From: an uncultured archaeon
GTDB lineage: Archaea; Asgardarchaeota; Heimdallarchaeia; Heimdallarchaeales; Kariarchaeaceae
Assembly: GCA_964645535.1 (NCBI GenBank)
Contig: CAZYCQ010000022.1
Span: 27,400-46,245, forward strand
Direction of reading: 5' to 3'
DNA: 18,846 nucleotides
Numbering within the stretch: the first letter of the stretch is position 1; each line of letters opens with the position of its first letter. The position numbers were made by a program, and so were the translations under genes. Below, piece by piece: positions 8,791 to 16,394 of this stretch. Below the pieces are notes generated by a model. The model was not told where the DNA came from, ran no database searches, and saw nothing but the letters and a program-made list of their open reading frames with translations.

Positions 8791-9342
8791 ATGCAAAAAC
8801 GAATGTTGCGAACAACTGTAATTATTATTTTGTTGGTCTCTGCATTTGCTCCAATATCTACTTATCATACAGATGCTGAGGTGTTATATGAATTCTTGAT
8901 TGAATACAGGTTCTACCCCGCTCATTCCCATGATAATGGTAATACTGGCGATTTTAAAATTGAGTTTTGGTTGAACATTGATGGTGGTGAAAATAAAGTC
9001 GCAAATTCACAATTTGATAATTCTAGAGTGGGGATCCCAATTCCGATTGATGGTTATCTCACTGCTGATTCAGCATATTTAGATACCAATGACCTATATT
9101 GCTTTAAGGTATCCGAAGTGGATTTCTTAAATGCTAATGATAAGGTTATTCCAAGCAATGCTGAAACCGCGCCTAAAAATTGTTTCCCTCCATATGAACA
9201 ATTTTCACAACATAATATTGGTAGCATTATCTATTTAACGTATTATGAAGATGTTGTGCATTCGGATGGCTGTTTCTTGACAATTAGAGTAAAAATTACA
9301 GATATTTTAACAATCGGTGGTGGCCCAGTGCCCATCGAGTAA
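8791..9342 (+). CDS. Secreted hypothetical protein S1 (about 183 aa), possibly a C2-like beta-sandwich, C-terminal GGGPVPIE
   Basis: Basic n-region MQKR, hydrophobic h-region and TDA|EV signal-peptidase-I-like site. Colinear paralog of 15339..15902. Start chosen from RBS spacing and the shared MQKR; the ORF track starts at TTG 8776. Confidence 0.85.
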   Translation: MQKRMLRTTVIIILLVSAFAPISTYHTDAEVLYEFLIEYRFYPAHSHDNGNTGDFKIEFWLNIDGGENKVANSQFDNSRVGIPIPIDGYLTADSAYLDTNDLYCFKVSEVDFLNANDKVIPSNAETAPKNCFPPYEQFSQHNIGSIIYLTYYEDVVHSDGCFLTIRVKITDILTIGGGPVPIE

Positions 9343-9361
9343 CTGAAGCAAAATATTGTAA

Positions 9362-9374
9362 GAATTTTTTTTAT
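9362..9374 (+). terminator. Oligo-T (T8) archaeal-type terminator candidate
   Basis: T run at 9365-9372, 22 nt after the S1 stop. Confidence 0.45.
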
Positions 9375-9424
9375 AGGACAAAATTGCTTGTCATAGAAAC
9401 GGATTAAAGCAAGAAAGCAGAAAC

Positions 9425-9577
9425 ATTATTGATATTGATCCACCTAACAGCAAGGTCGTTGCACAGGGCACCTCTGAAGAGGTTGCAAAGGTTGACAGAT
9501 CATATACTGGTCAATTTCTTCGAAAGGTGCTTCTCCCGAAACAAAGAGCGGTGGTCAAGAAAAAGACAAAGACCTAG
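9425..9577 (+). pseudogene. uvrA: Duplicated 3' fragment of uvrA
   Basis: Translates as [50 protein letters not shown], versus UvrA [56 protein letters not shown]. No start codon. Confidence 0.93.
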
Positions 9578-9660
9578 GCTGTTTTTCTAAAACTTATAGG
9601 AATCCAACTTAGAATCAGCATTCCTATGATTTCCAAATTCACCACAATAAAGATCTTCAA
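9459..9660 (+). repeat. Direct repeat R1, copy b
   Basis: Matches 5335-5542; the two copies are about 4.12 kb apart. Confidence 0.95.
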
Positions 9661-11880
9661 TAGGTTCAGCGGTTGGCTAAGATAAAACTTGATCTGATCT
9701 CTTGAGAGGAGTATTGCATTCATGAGGATGAACAATATGTTGAGGGTAAGCAAAATGCAAAGATTAACTATGATGTATGGTTTTCGATCATCCATTTCTG
9801 ATTTCTTAAGCCCTCTATTTCCTAATTTATACTTGAGCAGGTTTTGCTTCTCCAAAATGTCGAGCCAGATCAATGACTGGAAAATCCCGACATAGCCGAA
9901 TATCAGGAGGATTGCCGGATAGATGCTTTCATACATTCCAATAAGAAAGCTGATCTCGTTTATGGCTGTATTGTCGAATGAAACCTTATGTGACAAGAAA
10001 AATCTGCTTTCAACTGATTCCTCCAAATCTTCTGTTGCTTGTTCAATAGCAATATATCGCAGAGGGACATCCGTCAGATTCATTCCAATCCTCTGTAAAC
10101 TGGTGTATGGGAAATATCCATTCATCATTTTCAAATTTCGGTAATGGAATGGGACGAGATAATCAAAGCTACCGACCAACTGAAAAACTACATCCGTATC
10201 ATTCAGGGTTCCTCGAAACCTGTCGCCGATCTGTAGGCCCTCCGTCTTGAAAAGTTCGGAAGAACCCACTAATGCAGTATGTTTCCCATCTTCACCTTCC
10301 GTGACATCAACAGCACCCGGCGTCAATCTTGCGAACTCTTCATCAATCACACCAATCGTCAAGCTTTCTCCTATGCTTCTCTCTACTCCAATGAACCCAA
10401 TTCCAGAAACTCTTGACCTATATTGGGGAGATAGCGATAGCTTCCAATCAATGAAATCCGAAACACTCGCTTCTTGAATTTCATATGTAACATCTCCCCA
10501 ACTTGTCTCATTGATCGTGGCTCTTGTAGCTGAAACGCCCAAAACAATGAAGATCATGAAGAAAACAAGCCATAACTTTCTCATTTCCTGAACAAAATCA
10601 TTTCTTTCCATATTTCTAACGGAGATTCTCTGGAAGAGAAGGTGAGGTGTCTGTTGCCTTTTCACCATGGTAAGCAGACGGATACTCAAAGTTACCAACA
10701 CTCGATCGAGGAAATACAGTAGAATTACAAGGGATAAAATGAGAAGGACGGTTCCTGAGTATTGAATGCTCCCTAACACGGAATTTTCTGTCAATAGTGC
10801 AGTAAGATTCAACAAAAATGCCACCATGGCGATATATTTGAGTAAATCCGGGGAAAATCCCCCCGAAAAAAACCAAGTGGCCTTTCCCACCAAAAGAAAC
10901 CCAAAAACAAAGAGAATTGTTCCCTTAGGTGCCGCTACATTTGGCATCGCTTCAAATACAATCCAACTCATAAGAACCAAACCAATCTCAAGACTTCCCA
11001 TCATCATCCAAAATGCCATGTTGGAATCATTTTGATTCAACCCCCTTAATCTCAATAATCTCAGGGTCTGATCCATATCCCTTTTCAAGTTCCTTGTTTG
11101 AATGCCCAATTCAATAAAAAGCAACATCCAGATCAGGAAATTCACCAAAAAATACATTCTTCCGAATTGCAGACTAACTTCCGCAAATTTCTGATCAAGA
11201 ACCTCAAAGTTTGGAATAACTGAAAATGTAACTCCCCACTTCTCGAGAAATTGCGTGATCTTTCCAACTTCTTGCTTGGCAGTTCGATCCACATGGAAAA
11301 CCGACCTATCTAGATTTTTTCCATTGATGAAATATAATAGATAGAGTTCGATTGATGTATTTGGAGGAAATTCGAAATCCAAAAGTATACTGACCGGAAA
11401 GATCAAGCCAACCCGACGGTCGGAAAACCAAGATGAAGATTGCACGGGATTGACAAACAAATCATCATTATCTCCCTTCATCTTAACTTCTATCTTCACT
11501 CTTCCCTTTTCCAATACATAACCGATCATTTGATAATTGTTTGGCCGTGCAATGGAATCCAGAATGAAGGCTGCCTCAAACGGTTTGCCCACAAGGCTGA
11601 TTGGAATAAAGGCAAACAGGTCTCCTTTCAGGTTCGTCTTCAACAGCTCATAATCATCTATGAATGCTTGATCCAACCCCCTTACGGAAAGTCTCCCCCA
11701 ATAACTCATCACCGGATCGCCTTTGAGGCCATCCCTAACCATAGAGTTGCGGGTATCAATATAGAAGGAGAAACTTAAATTAAAAAAAACAGTCAGAATG
11801 ATTAAGGTAGCCACTAACTGGAAAATCGATGTTCGCTTGTTCAGGAAAACCTTCAGGAAAATATACCGCCTTGCCAACAA
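9574..11880 (-). CDS. Permease B: divergent FtsX-like ABC permease, 768 aa
   Basis: Multi-TM protein with LRLLRLRGLNQ and KLGNRGLKK coupling-type motifs and a PCD-like EGLQIGDRF...FQLVGSFDY segment. It lies 10 nt downstream of the ATPase. The TTG start is less certain. Confidence 0.8.
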   Translation of the reverse strand: MLARRYIFLKVFLNKRTSIFQLVATLIILTVFFNLSFSFYIDTRNSMVRDGLKGDPVMSYWGRLSVRGLDQAFIDDYELLKTNLKGDLFAFIPISLVGKPFEAAFILDSIARPNNYQMIGYVLEKGRVKIEVKMKGDNDDLFVNPVQSSSWFSDRRVGLIFPVSILLDFEFPPNTSIELYLLYFINGKNLDRSVFHVDRTAKQEVGKITQFLEKWGVTFSVIPNFEVLDQKFAEVSLQFGRMYFLVNFLIWMLLFIELGIQTRNLKRDMDQTLRLLRLRGLNQNDSNMAFWMMMGSLEIGLVLMSWIVFEAMPNVAAPKGTILFVFGFLLVGKATWFFSGGFSPDLLKYIAMVAFLLNLTALLTENSVLGSIQYSGTVLLILSLVILLYFLDRVLVTLSIRLLTMVKRQQTPHLLFQRISVRNMERNDFVQEMRKLWLVFFMIFIVLGVSATRATINETSWGDVTYEIQEASVSDFIDWKLSLSPQYRSRVSGIGFIGVERSIGESLTIGVIDEEFARLTPGAVDVTEGEDGKHTALVGSSELFKTEGLQIGDRFRGTLNDTDVVFQLVGSFDYLVPFHYRNLKMMNGYFPYTSLQRIGMNLTDVPLRYIAIEQATEDLEESVESRFFLSHKVSFDNTAINEISFLIGMYESIYPAILLIFGYVGIFQSLIWLDILEKQNLLKYKLGNRGLKKSEMDDRKPYIIVNLCILLTLNILFILMNAILLSRDQIKFYLSQPLNLLKIFIVVNLEIIGMLILSWIPISFRKTA

Positions 11881-11890
11881 TCAGATCGAC

Positions 11891-12565
11891 CTAACCGTTA
11901 AGTAAATATCCTTTGTCAAATTTCAATACCCGATCCGCATCCCTGAACATCGGTTCCTCATGGGATACCATAACCAATGTCTTTCCCCTTTGGTGAAGAC
12001 CTTCAAACAGATCAATGATTTCCTTACGTCCTTCCTTGTCAATGTTTGCCGTGGGCTCGTCAGCTAGCACAATTTCCGGATCATTTACGAGACCCGTGGC
12101 TATGGATACCCTCTGCTTTTCTCCTCCACTTAAGGTTTCCACCTTGGCATCAAGCAGTGGTTTTATTGATAGTAACTCACTTAATTCATCGATCCGTCTC
12201 TCACGTTCTTCCTTTGGTTTCTCTGCAATGATCATCGGAATCTCAATGTTCTCACGGACTGTCAAGAAATCAATGAGGCCGAAATCTTGAAAGACCATTC
12301 CTACAGTTGAAATCCGGTACTGTGACAATTCTTCTTCAGTGAAATCGTGGATGATCTTCTGGTTAACAATCACTCTTCCACTTGTAGGTTTGTGTATCCC
12401 CATAATCAATTTGAGCATTGTCGATTTCCCACTCCCGTTGGGACCGTTGATGCCCACAAATTCCCCTTCTTTAATCCCAAAAGAAACGTCCGAAAGGGCT
12501 ACGGAATCCGTTCTTTGACCAAAGGCCATGTATACTCTCTGAAATTGAATTTTGTCTTGTTTCAT
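11891..12565 (-). CDS. ABC transporter ATP-binding protein, LolD/MacB/SalX-like subfamily
   Basis: Walker A GPNGSGKS, Q-loop GMVFQDF, signature LSGGEKQR, Walker B/D-loop VLADEPTANID, H-switch VSH. ATGA overlap with the permease A2 stop. Confidence 0.96.
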   Translation of the reverse strand: MKQDKIQFQRVYMAFGQRTDSVALSDVSFGIKEGEFVGINGPNGSGKSTMLKLIMGIHKPTSGRVIVNQKIIHDFTEEELSQYRISTVGMVFQDFGLIDFLTVRENIEIPMIIAEKPKEERERRIDELSELLSIKPLLDAKVETLSGGEKQRVSIATGLVNDPEIVLADEPTANIDKEGRKEIIDLFEGLHQRGKTLVMVSHEEPMFRDADRVLKFDKGYLLNG

Positions 12566-15204
12566 GCTTGCACCTCATACCTTTTGAATTTATAATATAT
12601 TATCCCTCCTCCCACCATTGCATACCCAAGCGACCATGCAATGACTTTCAGCAATTCCCTCTCAAATAGCCAAGGAATGCTAGGATGGGTTGTGGAGTTC
12701 CAGGATTGCAGACCGTTCAACAACCAGAAAACCCTCCAGGAAAAGTAGGCAACCCCTATGCTTAATGCAGACAACATGACCCCAATGAGTTCCGCTCTGC
12801 GATATTGTTCCAGAAACCTCTTCTTGTTCAATCCTCTTTGGTGAAGAACTGCCAATGTCTCAACATCGATGATGTTCAGCAGGACTGTTGCGGCTGGCAA
12901 AAGAACCATGAAAAACCAGAAATGGTTGAGGATGTAATTGTTTTCCAACTGTTGTTTCCCTAAATAATAGGCTGATCCGAATCCCCAACCGTTCTGTCGC
13001 ATGATCTTTCCTTGGGGATCGATTGCAGGGCTCAAATAAATTGTTGAATATGGAAATCTAGTTTCAAGCTTTTCTTCTATTGTTTCGATAAGCTCATATA
13101 ATCCTTCTGCGGTTTGGAGGTCGTTTTTAACATCCAAAAATAATCCAAAAGCCGTCATATTCATTTCAGTCATGCCTGTCACTTTCATGTAAAGGTCTTT
13201 AGAAAGAAACATGAGCTCTGAAAAAACTGATGAACCCATCTGGATGCTTGACGTTATGGCTTGCACTTGAACTACTGTTTCGAAGCTCTCGAAGAAACCA
13301 TCCCCAAAGGTTAATTTGATATTGTCGTTGACGTCCAAGTTCTCTTTGACTGCCAATGGACCTGTCACAATTACATCATTCATGTCCATTTGACGCCAGA
13401 TGTCTTTAGCGAAAAACGGATGATATACCCTTTGCGTAAAGCCATTCGAGGTATCAATCAAATTGGCTAATGCATCGAAATCTATTACCACCACCATTAT
13501 TGAATCAAAACCAATTTTTCCTCCTTTCAAGGTAAACGGTACTGCCTGGTTGATCTCATCCCATGTGCTCAAATTTTTCACATCCTGAAAGGACAAATTA
13601 TGGTCGGCTATTGGATAAATCCTTATATCCCCCGGCATGAATTTTTCTTCCTTAAAATCATAATTTCTTGTCAGACCTGCCATACTCAGGAGTAGCAATG
13701 CCAGAAGAATCCAGCTTCGGTACGGGGCAAGATGCCCTGGTTTTTTAATAATTGTTCCGACAACCTGGATCCTTCGCTTTTTGATCATTGGAATTTCTCG
13801 ATAGAATGCAACAATGAGGATGCTGTTTCCTATCATGAGTATTCGCATCATGTCATTCATGGTTGATGATGGCTTTGTCCATGATATTGTCAGTGGAAGG
13901 AGTGCCGTGAGAAGAATTATTCCTGCAAGAAGTTTCAATTTATTTCTTTCCAACCAAGCTGGTAGAGATTTTGACATTCCAGCACCTTTGTTGATAAACC
14001 TAAAAATCCTTTTTGGTGAAATCTTCAATGACATCTTCCAACTGATGAAGGCAACCACTGTCACCAATACGGTGAGTATGCTTAGGTTCATTATGATATA
14101 GTCGTTGAGCTCGGCTATCGTCTGATTTGTTTTAAGCTCAATAAATCCTATGACAAAATACACTAGCATCACAATGCTTCCGATCATCAATATATTGGTC
14201 GCGAAAATCAAGAACAAGGACATCGAACTCCGTTTTCTTTCAAAACCCCGGATGTTTAGGATTTCCACTGTCTTTTCCAATTGACGTCTCTGTTCCCGGG
14301 TCGCAAGTACCATCAATCCAACAAGCATCGCACTATTGAAAAAATAGGTTCCTATACTCTCTAAAACCTTTGTCCAATTTTCATACTCGTAATTTTTTAT
14401 GGCGTCTATTAATGGTGTGTTATATATAATCCGGTAACTTTCTGACTCTAATGAAAAAAATTGTACCTCTCTTGTGACTTGCTGTGTAATCTCTTCGACC
14501 TTGTCCCTAAACTTTGAACCTTTTGGAACTTTGCCGTTCCAAGGTCCCCAAAACTCTGCAAATGAGATATTCCCTACAACTGGCAATTGTTCGAGAATTG
14601 GCAACTCTTTCCATGGAAGAACCATGAAGTTATAGCTTGTGTAATTTACCCCATTTTGAGTGTAATTGGACCAAAAATGTAAATACGTAAACTCGTACTG
14701 GTATACAAAATCTAATTGTATAGGCGTTGGTAAATACTCTTCAGTATATTGGACTGTATATGTTGCAAGGTTCACATCTGCAAGCATCTGCTCCGTTATT
14801 GAGAAATTTAGGCGGGATGAAACAATTATCTCGTTTTCCAATTCTGAAGAAAACATTAAAAGGACAGGTTTACCCGAACTCAATTCCAACGCTTGGTTAG
14901 AAAAATACATTGCAGTGAAATTCATGTTATCGTTTTGGTTATCAATATCAGCCAATTTATCTCTCAATTCTGTTAACTCTGTCAATATCTTTTTGTCAAA
15001 AGAAAATACGGGATAGTATACCGCATAAAAGTCAAAAATCCAACCGTACTCAAAACGTTCAAGAGCTTCAACGTCCTGTGGAGCTCGTTGGATTTGAGGT
15101 GTCTGCACTGAAACAAGAATCAACACGAATAAAACTGATGTTGTCTTCCAATTGGTACGTCGATATGCAACTAAAAGAGGGTTGAATTTGGAAAAATAAT
15201 TCAT
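12562..15204 (-). CDS. Permease A copy 2: large MacB/FtsX-like permease, 880 aa, first gene of the intact A-ATPase-B operon
   Basis: Motifs ILNIRGFERKR, LHQRGLNKKR and NDVIVTGPLAVKENLDVNDNIKL. Translationally coupled to the ATPase. Confidence 0.88.
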   Translation of the reverse strand: MNYFSKFNPLLVAYRRTNWKTTSVLFVLILVSVQTPQIQRAPQDVEALERFEYGWIFDFYAVYYPVFSFDKKILTELTELRDKLADIDNQNDNMNFTAMYFSNQALELSSGKPVLLMFSSELENEIIVSSRLNFSITEQMLADVNLATYTVQYTEEYLPTPIQLDFVYQYEFTYLHFWSNYTQNGVNYTSYNFMVLPWKELPILEQLPVVGNISFAEFWGPWNGKVPKGSKFRDKVEEITQQVTREVQFFSLESESYRIIYNTPLIDAIKNYEYENWTKVLESIGTYFFNSAMLVGLMVLATREQRRQLEKTVEILNIRGFERKRSSMSLFLIFATNILMIGSIVMLVYFVIGFIELKTNQTIAELNDYIIMNLSILTVLVTVVAFISWKMSLKISPKRIFRFINKGAGMSKSLPAWLERNKLKLLAGIILLTALLPLTISWTKPSSTMNDMMRILMIGNSILIVAFYREIPMIKKRRIQVVGTIIKKPGHLAPYRSWILLALLLLSMAGLTRNYDFKEEKFMPGDIRIYPIADHNLSFQDVKNLSTWDEINQAVPFTLKGGKIGFDSIMVVVIDFDALANLIDTSNGFTQRVYHPFFAKDIWRQMDMNDVIVTGPLAVKENLDVNDNIKLTFGDGFFESFETVVQVQAITSSIQMGSSVFSELMFLSKDLYMKVTGMTEMNMTAFGLFLDVKNDLQTAEGLYELIETIEEKLETRFPYSTIYLSPAIDPQGKIMRQNGWGFGSAYYLGKQQLENNYILNHFWFFMVLLPAATVLLNIIDVETLAVLHQRGLNKKRFLEQYRRAELIGVMLSALSIGVAYFSWRVFWLLNGLQSWNSTTHPSIPWLFERELLKVIAWSLGYAMVGGGIIYYKFKRYEVQA
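12595..12948 (+). repeat. Direct repeat R2, copy a (3' end of permease A2)
   Basis: 12605-12948 is identical to 16405-16748 (344 bp). The match extends to 12595/16395 with one mismatch. Offset is 3800 bp. Confidence 0.97.
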
Positions 15205-15338
15205 TGATCCAATTCTTCCAATTTATTTTATAAATTTTGGGGAAATTTCAGAAATAATGAAAAAAAACAAAAAAAAAACAAGCATTTAAAAACCATACCT
15301 GTCTACATGCATCACCCAAAAATTCGGTGATGCATTCC
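15205..15338. promoter_or_regulatory. Divergent promoter region of module 2: minus TATA TTTATAAA (15227-15234), A8-C-A10 tract (15260-15278), plus TATA TTTAAAAA (15285-15292), GGTGA RBS (15326-15330)
   Basis: Layout and motifs are conserved with 8651-8790. Confidence 0.7.
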
Positions 15339-15902
15339 ATGCAAAAACGAAAGTTAAAGACAATGGTGTTCATAATTATGGTGGCGTCTGCATTGTTCCC
15401 ACTTTCTACATATCAAACCAATGCAGAGGTTCTATATGAATTTCTAATTGAATATAGATTATATGTGGCTGATATTTCTGACCCGCTTCCCAGTGGGGAA
15501 TTCAAAGTCGAATTTTGGCTACTCATTGATAATTTGGAATATAAAATTCATTCAGAGACTTACGAAGGTATGCGTCCCGGAAGTTTAACACCTTCTTCGG
15601 GTTTCCACTCAGCTTATTCTGCATATATTGACTCTGATGACAGGTATTGCACAAACGTCTTTGAATTGGATACTTGGCCCAATGCTGATGATAAGATCAT
15701 TCCAAGCGATCCTCAGGTTCAAAGGTATTGTTTCACCCCTTATTCCTTATTTACCTCTTCAACACGAACTGAGGGAAGCTTTACCTCTCTAACTTATTAT
15801 CAGGATCCTGTCAATCAGGAACTTAATTGGCTCGAAATTCGAGTGACCATTTTGGATATAACCGGCAATGGTGGCGGTGGTAGTCCAGTGCCCATTGAGT
15901 GA
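15339..15902 (+). CDS. Secreted hypothetical protein S2 (about 187 aa), paralog of S1, C-terminal GGGGSPVPIE
   Basis: MQKRKLK, h-region and TNA|EVLYEFLIEYR. GGTGA lies 8 nt upstream of ATG 15339; the ORF track starts at GTG 15327. Confidence 0.85.
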   Translation: MQKRKLKTMVFIIMVASALFPLSTYQTNAEVLYEFLIEYRLYVADISDPLPSGEFKVEFWLLIDNLEYKIHSETYEGMRPGSLTPSSGFHSAYSAYIDSDDRYCTNVFELDTWPNADDKIIPSDPQVQRYCFTPYSLFTSSTRTEGSFTSLTYYQDPVNQELNWLEIRVTILDITGNGGGGSPVPIE

Positions 15903-15904
15903 TG

Positions 15905-16394
15905 TCAAAATTTCATTTCAGATACTAAAATTTCCTCATGTACCTGCTTTTCAATCTTCTTCAATTCCAGGTTCTGTTTTGCGATTTTCAGCAAACGGAT
16001 ACTTTCTGATTTCTTTATCCTCCATTGTCCTTTGTGGTAGCTGCCCATCTTGGTATTGAACAGGAGGTAAAACCCCTTGAAACAGAAGGCAAACTTGAGA
16101 TCATCAATAATCAGGACGTAAACTTCGAATTCACCATTGTGTGTTGTACTCGGGGATTGGTGTCTCGTTAGTCAAAAATCGCGTCTGAAAAGGTGGGAAA
16201 TGTCACTATGTTGGCATCCATCGGAGTAATCAGTGTATCCTTGAAGCTTAAATTACACTTAATCAGGTATGGAATAATTCACAACTACATTTTTTCTGGA
16301 GGATATTCCCTATGGATCAATACCTCCCAAGAACTTTCCAAATGGGAAACCGGAAAAACCTTGATATTCTTGAATAAACCCAGTCCTGATTTAC
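15905..16394 (-). pseudogene. Probable degraded gene remnant of unknown family
   Basis: An 88-codon open frame (16171-15905) lacks an upstream start: ...HNGEFEVYVLIIDDLKFAFCFKGFYLLFNTKMGSYHKGQWRIKKSESIRLLKIAKQNLELKKIEKQVHEEILVSEMKF*. Protein-like, stop-interrupted pieces lie upstream (GLFKNIKVFPVSHLESSWEVLIHREYPPEKM*). Confidence 0.4.

Noticed and set aside
8791-9342. S proteins as lipoproteins (Lol substrates) or type IV pilins/archaellins
   Set aside because: No lipobox cysteine after the h-region and no class III signal motif. The cleavage site looks like signal peptidase I (TxA|E).
5335-9660. Classical integrative element, prophage or transposon bounded by att sites
   Set aside because: No integrase, transposase, terminal inverted repeats or viral genes. 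The repeat includes part of the cargo gene itself, which points to homologous recombination.
16085-16140. GEFEVYVLIIDDLKF as an inverted remnant of an S gene (cf. GEFKVEFWLLIDNLEY)
   Set aside because: The similarity is short, needs a gap, and does not extend into either flank; probably chance.
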